This document shows, piece after piece, positions 27,433 to 41,269 of a stretch of DNA of 64,000 nucleotides; within the stretch, counting starts at the first letter, position 1, and each line of letters begins with the position of its first letter. The notes under the pieces were generated by a model that saw only the letters and a list, made by a program, of their open reading frames with translations, searched no databases and was not told the origin of the DNA. The stretch covers positions 138,074,001 through 138,138,000 of the forward strand of contig OX597815.1 of NCBI GenBank assembly GCA_951406725.2, read 5' to 3'. The translations under genes and the position numbers were made by a program. The DNA is from Octopus vulgaris. Taxonomy: Eukaryota.

Positions 27433-29067
27433 ACACGAATTTTTATACATATGTACTACCAATTTTTGCATTATACTATTATGCAAGTAAATGTACTATT
27501 AATGTGTATATAAGCACTATCATATGTATGCATGCATTATTTATGTGTATGCTTGTGCAATTACGTATTAGCATGTTCTATTATTTTATCTAAGTGTCCT
27601 TGCTTAAATACTTATATGTTATTATGCGTACACGCAAGGCGTTGATCTGGCAAAGTAGTTACAGCGCCGGATAAAATACTTAGTGACATTTCATCCGTCT
27701 TTGTGCTTTGAGCTCAAATTCCGCCGAGGAATTTCGTTTCGGGCTCGGTAAAGTACCAGTTGAGTACTGGGGGTGATGTAATCACCTAATGCATATACAA
27801 TTCTATATATGTATACTGTTTTGTATACAGATGCACTGTTACGTATAGAAATATACTATTATGTGAGAGAAATATACTATTGTATATACACATAAACTGT
27901 TTTAAATATACATGTTGTCATGTATATGATAATAATAATAGGAATAATAATAATAATAACAATAACAACAACAATAATAATAATCACGAACTTATTGCAT
28001 ACAGTGCCCAGTTGCAACTCATCAGAAAAGGTAACTAAAGCTGTACGAACAGAACATAGAATATGCACACGAAGTCATGGGTGCTGTGCTGTTTTTTGAT
28101 TTTGTAAGCATGTTTACGATTGTTAGACCTACGGAATTCAAAAAGGTGCCGAAAGCTGTTTTTGGAAACATGTTGGATAATCTTGTGATTGTGTACCGAG
28201 TCAGTTACCAGATGGGGCTTTAACGTGCCCATGACCAGGGAAGTATGGTAGATGCTTAACAGCGGGTATTCGTTTGGTTGCACATTTCTGAACGGTTCCA
28301 GGAGATTGATATGCTAAGCAAGATAGCGGTTCTAGACTAGAGATGCAAACTCTAAGTATGGATAGTACCATAGTCATATGCAAATTTAAAATAATAGCTG
28401 GAGAGCGGCTGATAAAGGTCTTTCTGAGTAATGCTAAGACACCCTCAGCGTTCATGACAATATACTATCTCTGTACATGCTTACACTATTTATGTAGACG
28501 CATGTACTATTGTCTAAATGTATATACATTTTCATTACTTGCTAAGTCTCAAGGAAGACATGCTACTCACGATTTTTGTGGGTTCCGCGAGATCAGTGAG
28601 CTTGATACCATAAATCTCTGTTTAAATTATTGCAGATCATTATCCGCAGGGAAGATAGGAGCAGAGAGAAGACTCTGGTGTGAAAATGTTCATGTGTTGA
28701 CTATGTTCTTTCTTTCTCACTCTTAAGCAAACCTGGAGTTCCCTAGAGCTCTGTTTTAACCCCACTCTCTTTCTTCTACAAAACAATGAGCTACTTGCTA
28801 CCATATCCTATAACACCAATTCTTATGCAGAAGACACGATTTTTCATTCTTCCCTGACATAACAAAGATTGACCCTTCTCTCTGGCTAGTATAACCTCGG
28901 GCCAACCAAAGCCATGTCTATGGATTTGATTGAGTGAAACTGAAAGAAGCCCGTCGTATGTATATACATACATACATACATACATACATACATACATACA
29001 TACATACATACATACATACATACATACATACATGCATGTATGTATGCATGTATGCATGCATACATAC

Positions 29068-29160
<93 letters not shown>

Positions 29161-29163
<3 letters not shown>

Positions 29164-29625
29164 GAGTATAACTCTAAATTTACAGGGAAAAATTCAATTT
29201 ATCATTAAATCAAGTTTCACAGTATAAATATATAAAACATAAATTAGTGATGAAACCCCTATTATGCAACTCAAACAGTGATAGACATAAACCAATACAT
29301 AAATAACCAATATATATATATATATAATTGTTTTTATAAATATATATATATATATTTTTATAAATATATAACTTATAACTAGATCTCAAAAAGTATAAAA
29401 TGAATGATAAATATATAATATAATATGTAAAAACACTGCGTACGTTTCATGGCTACAATTAAATTCGAATTACTATTAAGTTTAAATTCAATTGAAATAA
29501 ATTCGATTTAAAATAATATTAAAAAATTATATTAAAAAAAATAATATATATATTGGTTATTTACGTATTGGTTTATGTCTATCACTGTCTGAGTTGCACA
29601 ACAGTGGTTTTATCTCTAATTTATA
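29161..29625 (-). mobile_element. PLE-like 3' terminus with 5' inversion and half of a hammerhead
   Basis: 29547-29625 is the reverse complement of about 29240-29320; minus strand has tagccat GAAA cgtacg; homologous to 49248-49560. Confidence 0.7.
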
Positions 29626-29635
29626 TATATATATA

Positions 29636-29945
29636 ATCCTTAAATCCTTAAAAATGTTTTAGCCCGAAGGCCGCGGCCATGCTGGGGCACCACCGCTGAA
29701 TGAGCTACACTAGTTTGTGAATCCACCTCTGATACGTGGCACTTGATCAACAAGGGAGTTCGATGCTGCTGCCCGCATCCGTGTCTCCTGTCGTGAGGTA
29801 GGTTCATCTGGGACTCCCAACAAGAAGAGATCCAGTTTAGTTTTAAAGAAACCCACATCCACACCATGTAAGTCTCTCAGGCATTTAGGGAGGATGTTAA
29901 AGAGCTGTGGTCCTCTGAAACCCAAGCTGTTGCAGTATCTGGACC
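29636..29945 (-). mobile_element. CR1-like LINE 3' end with intact tail
   Basis: YCNSLGFRGPQLFNILPKCLRDL..FKTKLDLFL..VPDEP..NSL, then ggtgccccagcatggccgc tail and taaggatt repeats. Confidence 0.85.
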
Positions 29946-30182
29946 TGAATTTTTTATATATATATATGTTAGAAGTCACTTGCCCTAGGTGCCATGCAGT
30001 GGGACTGTACCCAGAACCATGTGGTTGAGAAGCAAGCTTCTTAACACACAGCCACGCCATCGCCTGCATACATGCATGCAAACATGCATACATACATACA
30101 TACATACATACATACATACATACATACATACATACAAATATATATGTATACATACATACAAATATATATGTATACATACATA

Positions 30183-30258
<76 letters not shown>

Positions 30259-30620
30259 AACACACATATGATTGAAGATTCGCTTGACGCGATGTGTGGG
30301 TAAAAATGATGAGTTTTAATAAAACGTTATGGCGATGCAAGTGAGGAATAAAACGGAATAAAATATGGCGTTGCCAATAAATAAGAAAGACGCAGAAATG
30401 TCTAAAATACCGTTTTTAATATTCCAATATTTCGGAACAAAAAAATTCCATCTTCAAGTAGCGTGTGAAGAGTCCTCTGAATCAGTTCGTAGTCAACTCG
30501 ATCTGTTCTTGATAGAAGATTATTTTCCGTTTCAATTTATAGCTTAGCAGTTTTCATGTTAAGGAATGGAAAGTGTGAGGTGTCGGTCGATTGGTCACAT
30601 AATATAGTGTAACAGTAAGT

Positions 30621-30662
<42 letters not shown>

Positions 30663-30723
30663 CGTGTTTGTGGTGCAAGTGGAAGAGAAGGGCGAGACAG
30701 TATCATGTATAGAAGCAGTGTGC

Positions 30724-30754
<31 letters not shown>

Positions 30755-30911
30755 GTAGTAGATAAAAGACGGAAGATGGAAGATACGAGAATTTTTATTA
30801 ATTACGACCATTGTTTCGACACATTAACCATATGTATAACGAACGCTGTGAAAATGACCGTGCTTTATCAGTAAGTTGCCAGGTATATACCATTCGTTTT
30901 ATTATCTAATG

Positions 30912-30945
30912 CATACATACATACATACATACATACATACATACA

Positions 30946-30979
<34 letters not shown>

Positions 30980-31185
30980 CATAGACACACACATGCATGC
31001 ATTCATACATACATACATATATATTTATATATGCACACACATCCATCCATCCATCCATCCATACATACATACATACATACATACATACACACATGCATGC
31101 ATACATTCATACATACATGAATACATACATATATATTTATATATGCACACACATCCATCCATCCATCCGTCCATACATACATACA

Positions 31186-31245
<60 letters not shown>

Positions 31246-31450
31246 CATACATACATTTATCCATCCATCAATCCATACATACATACATGCATGCATACAT
31301 ACATATATATTTATATATGCACACACATCCATCCATCCATCCATCCATCCATCCATCCATACATACATACATACATACATAAATACATACATACATGCAC
31401 ACACATGTGTCTGTGCTTCTGTGTGTGCTCGCATGTTTGTATGCATGCAC
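30912..31450. repeat. (CATA)n/(CATC)n microsatellite with higher-order repeats
   Basis: Block atatttatatatgcacacacatccatcc recurs at about 31021, 31133 and 31308. Confidence 0.9.
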
Positions 31451-31517
31451 GTGAATGTTTGAGTAATGTAGTAAGGGAGCAAACACGTGTGTAGTGTTCA
31501 ACCATAACAATTATTTA

Positions 31518-32308
31518 GAAAATATCCGGAATGTTACCATAGTAAAGAAGCTAAAGCACGCAGAGTGAAGCCGCTTGGCAAATATTGACCTTCAGCACTG
31601 TTGTGTATAGGCATTAAGTTTTAATGTTCTAGATCACTTCCGCTGTTTACAGCAGTGCTTCGAAGAAAGGTGTGTAGCGTGTGATCGTCGCATTGACCAT
31701 GACAGAAAGTTGTCATGGCGATACCTGCCAACAGGCCTACGCAAAGACGCAGAAAATGTAGGGAGAGAAGTGTATAAGCCACACACAAGTGTCCGAGTTG
31801 TTCAGACGTTTCCAAGATGGCCGAAAAATGTTGATATTGACGAACGTTCAGGGAGACCCACAACCAGCAGAACTGAGAAAAACATCGCAGATGTGAAGGG
31901 AAATCATCGAACCACCATCCGTGAGTTATCAGAGGATGTGCAGATTAGTTACTGTTCAGTTCAGTCCATTATCACAGAAGATTTGGGTATGAGACGCGTC
32001 TCTGCTAAATTTGTGCCAAAACTGCTTTCAACTGACCAAAAGGACACTTGAGTTGCAGTTGTACAAGATATCCTTGATTGTGTCGAAAACGGTGAAAAGG
32101 TTTCGAAAACTTTGCTCAACTTTCTCTATTATGGCCAATGCGGCGATCACACGCTACACACTTTTCTTCCAAGCACTGTTGCAAAGAGCGGAAGTGAGCT
32201 AGAACAGCAGAGTTCAAGGTCAATCTGTGCGTGCCAAGCAGCTTTACTCTGCGCGTTTTAGCTTCGTTACTATGGCAACAGTCCGGATATTTATTGATCA
32301 GACCAAGT
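31518..32308 (+). mobile_element. Mariner-derived non-autonomous element with about 190-bp inverted arms
   Basis: Transposase N-terminal piece DERSGRPTTSRTEKNI..TIRELSEDV..LGMRRVSAKFVPKLL; 31518-31712 inverted to 32117-32292; right end abuts TA. Confidence 0.88.
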
Positions 32309-32652
32309 ATATATATATGATTGCTTTTGTCTATCTTAAATTTTCGACACTTTTTATAGACGTTATGTTATTTGCGTGAAACTTTTTACTTTTATATTGA
32401 AATAGATATTTAGAAAATATGGCATTATCGTTAAGATATTGGCTTTAGAAAGGATTTGAAGCTACAACTTCTGTTAGTGACTCTATTCAGGTGCTTAAAA
32501 TTGCAGACGTCATGTTATTGCATTGTGTGTTTACCTTTATTCATCCATTCATCCATTCATCCTGTCTAAACTGAACTCTACTCGTATTTGTATCGTTAAT
32601 TTGCATTACTGTCTTTACTACCATCACAATCTGCACCACCACCACCACCACC

Positions 32653-32684
<32 letters not shown>

Positions 32685-35149
32685 CGGCAACATAACATCA
32701 CTACCAATAAGAACACACCCTCTGCTTTGCTGCTGTGATTGCTTTATAACCTTTAATGTTTAGTTACTTTCTACTAACTTTCCGATTCCATCATAATTAC
32801 AGTCCTTTTCACTGAATGCATTTTATTGTATTTCTGGCTCTCTGATTACTGTTAGCAGTCCGCAAAGTCATACACCCATAAAATACTTTCCAATGCCGAA
32901 ACAGATATTAAAAAATTAAAATATAAAATATTAAAACATATACATTAATTATTCTTATTGATTTTTCTCAATTTTCTTATCAATTCACTATAATTGCCAG
33001 TCATCACATGTGTAATCAATATTACTGATACGAGCAGTTTATTTTAATGCTGTAATATATTTAAACTATTAGTATAGAAGAACTACTGTAGGATATGTTC
33101 CTCAATAACGCAGTCACTTCGTGAATCGCTTGTAATGACATACATTGTTTCCTTATTACAAATATAAAAATGAACAGGAATTTTGATTACTTGCTATAAC
33201 GTAAGTGTACTTTTTATAGCAAAGAATTACCAAAGTCGAGTGGATAGCGCCATCCTTTTACCTGAATGTTAATATATATTTGTATTTATATTAGAAAATG
33301 AGTGCATGTCTGCGTGCCGAAGATCTGCTAAATCTTTCTTTGCTTCTAGAGATACCACGGCCGAAACTTCTGACATTTGGTCGACCGTTGATAGATTGAA
33401 CACGTCTGAATCCGTTGTGTATGTACATTTTTCATGTTTTTTTTTTCATGTGTTCTTTTGTTGTTTTTCTGTGTCACATTTAAAAAAATAAGTAGTAGGT
33501 TTCCTATAGTCAAGAGACAATTTCGCGAACTATCAAAATTCTTAAGACAAGCATCATTGTATTTGTTACTATTTCTTTTTATCCTTTTAATATTGTTATT
33601 TTTTTATATGAGCTAAGTACTCTCATTTGGCATGAAGTGAAGATGAGAATAATGTTAGCATGTTGTAGTAGTAGTTGTTGTTATTGCTGCTGGAAAATGG
33701 CTAACTGCATATCATCTCCATCCGACGTTCTCCTTTCTTCCAGCAACCTCCTTGTATCTTAAGATGGGGAAGAAATAGTCCATTGTATACCTCAATTTAA
33801 CTTTGTAGAACATCTATTGCAATTGGGATCTGAAATACTTTGTCGTTCTAAAGAAGGAAACCAGTTTTTGTGGTATAGTTTTATGTTATGGATGTAAAAG
33901 CGTTAGGAGAGACAGCAGTGATTATAGCAATAATAATGAACTTGGGAGTTTGAATCTTATACTGTGAAAGACTGTGCGTTGATAATATCTTTGCTATGTT
34001 AAAGCAGAGAGGTGATGGTGCTTTCATTGGAGAATGACTTCAACATCTGTCTATGGAGGTTGTGCATACTTGACAGGAGGTATTTAGGCTGCATGCAGAT
34101 GACATCATTGTGCAAGATGTTTGGACGAAGTGAAGAAAGGTATCATGTATGCGAGTAGGCTTTATTGGAAGTGACAGTAAATAAATCATTACACTAGAGA
34201 AGGGAGAGTGTGATAGGCATAACAGGAGCAGGGAATGAAGGTTAGGCACCTACACGTACCAACCTACAGATCTTGCGGATGATTTCAATTTTGCAACACA
34301 AATAATAGTAGTGTTCCGTTACTCATCTTTCAATACAATCGATATGTATTGAAGATTTTAATGTAGATTTCCCTCAATTATAAAAATCGACAGAGTATAA
34401 TAAAAATGGCTGAATAGAATTTTTATGAATGTGATTTTGCAGGCCTTGGCTCATTACTCTCTCTCTGTTTTCCAAACCCTACTGTATTCCATCTGCCTCG
34501 GCACCGGACTAAACACAACCTGAACCGTTCTCCCACGAATTTTAATCCCCAGGAAAATATATTCCTCAATGTTCTCCATATAACAAGTGAATTGTATTTT
34601 TTTATCTAAATTTTGCTGTCATTTAATCTAAAAATGCCTGAAAATACTGTTTGTTGGTCTTTGCAATAAAATATAAAACATGGAAGTAAGCTATTATACT
34701 TTAGGAAATATCTCTTATAAATTCCCGACGGTTTTGTGAACTAGAAATTACCAAATAAAATATTAGAAATACCACAATACGTTTACTGTAGGTTTGAACC
34801 GAAAACATTTGAGTTAAAATATCCAGAATTTATCCACTCAGATAGTCCACTTCCATTATTATGGGAATAAAGGAAATATATATACTTGTAAACTTGCGTG
34901 AATGTGTGATGAGTAATATACGCTCAATCTACACAGGGAAACATTTCTGGTTGAAAATGGAGTTAGTGTAATGTAAACATGTTTTATGTTATAAAATTAT
35001 TTAATTAGAGAAGGGAATGTTTCTGTAGATTAAAAGGCGCAAGAGAGAAGAAATTATTTCCTTGTTAGCTAGCAATGGTATCCTTTGATGAAGAATTCTA
35101 AAGTTTCATCAAATAATTAAGTGAAGCTACTTCAAATGATAAGAATTTA

Positions 35150-35560
35150 TTTGAGCCAGCACACTTCTTAGTTCGAGATCATTATTGTACACATGCAGCT
35201 TCCATCTTTTCCTCTCTAATAAGTCTTTCGCTTTAGACACAGAGTTTACCAATTCGACTTGGCTACGATAATTGAGTGATCAACAACATTAATAGCTTTG
35301 AGCAAATGTGTGGTGAGAACGAGCCTATTCGCTGACATTGCATCATATACCATTGTATCTGATTAGATGCAATTATCAATACAGTTGACATCTGAATTGC
35401 TTGAATTCTTAAAATGCATTAAGCAGAGAAAACTTTTTTTATATCTACATAAAGTAGAGCAGTTGTAACTGGTTTGTGAAAATAGCGTCCTGGAATATGG
35501 AGTCTCAGATATGCTTAAATTATAAAAATAGCAGATCTGAAAATGAATTCTGCAACAAGA
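35150..35560 (-). mobile_element. Possible very old LINE RT relic
   Basis: Minus strand LLKAINVVDHSIIVAK resembles DLSKAFDxVDHxIL; otherwise heavily decayed. Confidence 0.35.
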
Positions 35561-35830
35561 TTTTATGGCAACCTATCCATTGTTATTAACAGTTTTGGTG
35601 AATGAAGTAGGTACATAAAGATTTTGCTGAATGAGAAGAAAGTGAACAGAAGTAAGCTTTGCTTCAGTTTGTTCAATAGAATGTACACACGCACACACGC
35701 TCGCACGCTCTCTCTCTCTCACTCTCTCTCACTCTCTCTTTCTCTCTCTTTCTTTCCCTCTCTCGACTCTCACACGCACTCCCAGTCTCTTCTCCATCAT
35801 ATGTATATATTGGGAACATTAATGGAAACC

Positions 35831-35945
35831 TTCTTCTTCTTCTTCTTCTTCTTCTTCTTCTTCTTCTTCTTCTTCTTCTTCTTCTTCTTCTTCTTCTTCT
35901 TCTTCTTCTTCTTCTTCTTCTTCTTCTTCTTCTTCTTCTTCTTCT

Positions 35946-35978
<33 letters not shown>
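35831..35978. repeat. (TTC)40 followed by (TC)n, pure polypyrimidine tract
   Basis: Directly visible. Confidence 0.97.
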
Positions 35979-35981
<3 letters not shown>

Positions 35982-38109
35982 ATATATAAAACAAAAAACA
36001 CATATGCTTGAGAAGACACATATATGAGAATGCACAAACATACATATTACAAAAACTCACACGAATATGATAGTAATGCACGCGCGCGCGCACACACACA
36101 TACACACATATGTGAGAAAGAAACACATTTATATATATATATATCGGAACATAAAGATATACATTTGTATGCATAGACATTAAGAAGACACTGACATTTA
36201 GATGTCAAAACATATATACATGTTCTATACATGAGAATACAAATACAGACATACGATATTAAGCACACACATATACATAGGGGAATTTCCCTCGGTTAGC
36301 TTCAACTGAATGGAATTTAAATTGAAAGGCATTAATAAGAATGCTATCTGAAGAATTATATAACCATGTATACTGATTACCATAGAATAGCACATGTAAA
36401 AGTCTTGGAGGTACGAATAACTTACTGCTTATCGATGAAATCTTTTGAAACAACTATAGAATGTCTAACAATGTAGACAGGATAATAATCAAATGTAATG
36501 GTGATCCCATGCATGGTTCTTCTCTGAACGTTTATTTATTTATTTATTTATTTATTATTTAATCTGGATGATGCGAGGTGGCGAGGCAGCGTCCATGACC
36601 TTTTCAGTCCCTCCCAGACTAGTGAGCTTGGTGTAGTTGACGCATTGTGTTCTGGGGCATAAATAGGAAATAATAGCATATCTTTTGAGATTTACAGAAG
36701 ATGATGTCATACAAGAGACTCTGAGTAAAAATGACTGAGAGAAGTGGGTTTAGAGCAGGTGATGTTGCTGGATGAAAGAAATTCTAAAACGTTATTATGT
36801 TATCGCCATGGTGGTAGAGGTTATATTAACACTTAATGTAGTCTCAACAACTGCTGCCGGATTTTTCTTTTCAGCACAAGCTGAAATCAGAACCGTGTGA
36901 TTCAATGTCTGTCGAAATAAGAATTAAACTGCATCGTGTATTAATAGCGTGACTGCATATCCTATCGGAAAATATTATTCAAAATGTATTATTGAATTAA
37001 AAACATTAATTATGGATAAAATATTAGCTATAAATTCAGTTTGTATGATCAGAAAATTACATTTTAATCCAAATGCTATCTAAGAGGCAACCATCTCCCT
37101 GATATAGAGTGTTTAAAAGGACCTGGAAAATTCGTCAATAATACCAAAGAAATGGAAGCATAACTTAAAATATGACCGGAGGTCATAGCATAGTCTGGCA
37201 TTTCTGATAGTTATGCTTTCACTTTAGAATATTCTTATAATTCCTACTCATCTCTCTGAAGTAACCATTCTCCTTATCAGATCTTGTTTATGTTTACAGA
37301 GATTCACTTTGTCCTAACATATCTATTCAACTCAGTTGCAGCTGTCTCAACGATGCTAACAGCTATATTATGTTTACTTCTATTTGAAATGAAAGTAGTG
37401 GAGATATAACAAACAAGTGCAAAAATCTCATAATACGCATACATACACATACATGCTCACATACATAAATACATGCATACATTCAAATACAAAAGACACA
37501 AACATGTACGTACATGAACACACATGCACACACATGCATAAATACAGATACATACATACGTTCGCATATTTAATATGTATTAATGTATCTCTCTCTCTCT
37601 ATATATATATACATACGCATACATGAGTGAGCATGAATGTATGCATGTATCTATTTACCCATGTGTGAACGTATATATGCTCTTATTTAAAAATATTATT
37701 CATGAATAGAGAAAGTCAGTTTCTAATCAAGAAACAGGATTCCTTCACTGAAAGTAGACATCAACTATGTATGTATGTATGTATGTATGTATGTATGTAT
37801 GTATGTATGTATGTATGTATGTATGTATGTATGTATGTATGTATGTATGTACTTTTTCTCTTTTTAATTTAGAGTAATTTTGGTAGTAAAGTTGTGAAGG
37901 AAAGTATCTTGTTTTAACCACCATAATTTAAATCTTAGGAAGGTCTTGCAGATTTTATAATCCCAGATATCGCGATCATTTGTAACATATGACCTAAAGA
38001 GTATGTATGTGTGTATGTATGTATGTATGTATGTATGTATGTATGTATGTATGTATGTATGTATGTATGTATGTATGTGTGTATGTATGTATGTATGTAT
38101 GTATGTATG

Positions 38110-38142
<33 letters not shown>

Positions 38143-38309
38143 ATATGTATGTATACAGGTGTGTACATTATATCATGTCGCTTTGAATACCTACTAGTTA
38201 CATGTACTTGATAAACTATAATACATGTACTTGATAAACTATGATAAACTATGATAAACTATGTGTGTCTGTATGTATGTATGTAAACCAATAATCCCTA
38301 CATATTTTT

Positions 38310-38447
38310 TCTCTCACTGTTCTTTCTGTCGAAGACTGTAGGCTCGAAACGTCAAAGACTTTTCCATTCTTCCCGATCGTCAAACTAATGCACCTGCTTG
38401 TTGTTCCCTCACCTGTCTTCGTTTTTTGTTTTCTGTAAATTTGAACT
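38310..38447 (+). mobile_element. PLE-like 3' terminal fragment with hammerhead-like motif
   Basis: tcttt CTGTCGA a gactgtaggctc GAAA cg TC/ aaaga; stem I tcttt/aaaga. Confidence 0.62.
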
Positions 38448-38458
38448 ATGTATGTATG

Positions 38459-38492
<34 letters not shown>

Positions 38493-38949
38493 TGTATGTA
38501 TGTATGTATGTATGTACGTATGTATGTATGTATGTTTATCTTTTCCGTGTACCATGTCTCTTATAAATTGTCTGTGCATAAAATTTATCAGTTCACTTCT
38601 CTGTTGCTTGTTGTCTTTCCCTTTTCGTACGATCATTCTTTTTAATACAACTTTAATCTTTAAAATGCCACATTGCTTTACTTCCTTCATCCAGGTTTTT
38701 TTTTATTGCACTTTATTTCATTACCAAAATTGTTTTCCTCAGATTTTAAACAGTTTCCACAGCTAAGGAAAACTATTGTTCTGGGAAGATATCACGATTT
38801 GGTTGTGATGTATCATTCAAGGTGGTTTAGAAGCCATCTCCTTGATCTCTTTCTTCCTCATCTCATCACCGAAATGCTTAACGTATTTATTATTAAAATC
38901 TTATTCTATCTATTGTATTTGATTTTTAAAAAGCAACTTCATATTACTT

Positions 38950-41010
38950 TTTAAATGTCCTTTCCATTTCCGTCTCTTGATCTTGTCTGTTTCCACTATA
39001 CCAAAATATTTGTATTAACTCTCATTAGTGTCATTTATTACTTGCCCATCTCGTAATGCTTTCCTATCAGATGACAACTTTTCTTCTCCCTAAAATTAAT
39101 ACACCACGTTTTCTTGATCCAGAAAGCTATATTTTTCTGACAACAGTGTATACTAGTATATCTATTTGATATTTGTTTTTTTCATACGTTTTAAGATTAT
39201 CCACAGAAAGTAGTTGGCTTATTTTTAACTGCTTTTTCTTAAGCCATATCCAATTGCCTCTCTAGACATTAACATTAAAGAAACCATGCATAAAACGAAC
39301 AATAGTAGCAATAAATTGTCTTCTATATAGATTCCTCTCTTTATTTCAGTCTTCACCACTAACTTTCGTGATGACGTTTTTCTAGTTTTCCATACTACAT
39401 CCAATGAAGTCGGTGACATTGTTTGCCACTCCAAATAATTTGATACATTCTGTTGGTGGGAAACATATTTTTTTTCTTTGTGATCTACCTAGGTCAGTTG
39501 CCAAGTTTGTGCCTTCTATTATAATCCTTCAATATCATCTTGTCTGTTTAACCCTCTTCTTACAACATTCATTTTATTCCTATGGAAACGACATTTTCTT
39601 TTCCAAAAAATAAATATATTTGCAATAATTCCAGTAAAGTGTTTTTACATCAAAGCAAGGCATGAAAATGCGCAAAAATTCTCTATAACATTCCTCTTTG
39701 ATGGGTCTTTTAATGCCAAAATAGTTCCTTTGTGTGCCATCCATTCAGGAGACATCGCTTCATTGCTTATTATCTTATTCACATAATCGTTCTCTCATGA
39801 AATGATCCCAGGATCATTTCATGAGAGATCACCTTTACCATTGGTTCCTGTCTCATCCACACCATTATTTGGTAATTTATGTGGGAATTTCATTACAATG
39901 CCTATTTGCCACCATCCTTGTAACGAATATCTTCCTGTTTATTGATTTTTATTTCAACTCCAATTGTTTTAGCCATTCAGATTTAGTATTATGAATTTTT
40001 TTCTTTGGCTCAAATTTAAAACCGAAATTCTTACTTTCTTGTGCCTCTGGTTTCACCAAACCCGTCTGTTTCAACTACTCCATTTCAGTTGTTACAACGT
40101 TATTTTTAATGCAATATTTTCTTTCTAAAGTAGCATACTTCTTTTCGAGTTTTATCTGACAAATGCTTGGTCTTTCCAATCAATATATTGATATCTTTCC
40201 AATCAATATATTTATATCTTCATGTACTCTTCTCTCCGTCATGGTTCCCACTTCTCAACCTCACTTGTGACGTATTTCGATTTCAATTTATTCGTTACAC
40301 ACGCACATATATATTTAGCTTATTTTTATCAAATTGTTGATTTCAATCACATTGCCAGATTTCACACGATGGGTAATAGCTTCATTCACTTTTTTTTAGT
40401 TATATTTTCCGCTTTAGCCTTATAAACATTCTTAAGTGCTCTTCTACCACCCAAATCCGTTTTCCCATGACTTCAGCAATTTTTCGCAGCACTTCTTCAT
40501 CGTCTGCATTTAATTTATTGAATTCATTGAATTTATTGAATTCAATGATATATTTTTTCCATATTAACCTCAACCCATTCATTTCCCTCAATCTCAAAAA
40601 TTATAATTCTCTCAGTTTTACCTTTTACATCATCTACGTTCACAAGTGAAACTTTTCGTACGACTGCTTCAAGTTCCTGTTGAGTAAGCCGTCCATTTCA
40701 CCTTGATCTCCTTCTTTGGTCACAAATTCTTTACTCGATACTATCGAGCAAATTTCTTGTTTGCCATTCGCTACTTATTTATTGTTTGTACCTTTTACTG
40801 ACACACCTTGTTCATTTCTGGAATTGCTGTAATAGTAACATTCCATAATTATCACGTTTAATAACTTGCTCCACTTTCGTCTTAACTACTTACTAGCAGT
40901 TGTAGAATTACGACCAGGGCCGTCCTGCAATAAGAAAGGACTCCTGCCGGGCAGATCACCTTTACCATTGGTTCCTGTCTCTTCCACACCATTATTTGGT
41001 AACTTATTAC
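38950..41010 (-). mobile_element. Heavily decayed R4/Dong-like LINE, N-terminal to RT region
   Basis: EIKRGIYIEDNLLLLLFVLCMVSL parallels EIRRCIFQGDCLFPLIFILCFIPL in the 23-kb copy; many stops. Confidence 0.6.
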
Positions 41011-41043
41011 TTTGCATTTTCACTCACACGGGGCAACAAGCAT

Positions 41044-41252
41044 TGATTTCAAATTTTGGCACAAGGCAAGCAATTTCGGGGGAGTGGGCAAGTCAATTAC
41101 ATCAGTGCTCAACTGGTACTTGTTTTATCGAGCCTGAATGGATGAAAGTCAAAGTTGATCTCGGTGGAATTTGAACTCAGAACGTAAAGACGAATTAAAC
41201 GTAGCTAAGCTTTTTGCCCGGCGTACTAACGACTCTGACTGCTCGCCGCCTT
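41044..41252 (-). mobile_element. SINE family B
   Basis: Full-length reverse copy flanked by gcaacaagcatt / gcaacaaatatt. Confidence 0.85.
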
Positions 41253-41269
41253 TGAAGCAACAAATATTA

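Larger units (their letters stand above)
26480..28885 (+). repeat. Local segmental duplication, copy 2 (with extra segments and a deletion)
   Basis: Collinear with 12760-14492; includes CR1-like piece at 28070-28490. Confidence 0.9.

Noticed and set aside
33296-33420. ENECMSAC resembling the end of a Kunitz domain, or an open frame on the opposite strand
   Set aside because: No upstream Kunitz exon was found and the splice signals are unconvincing
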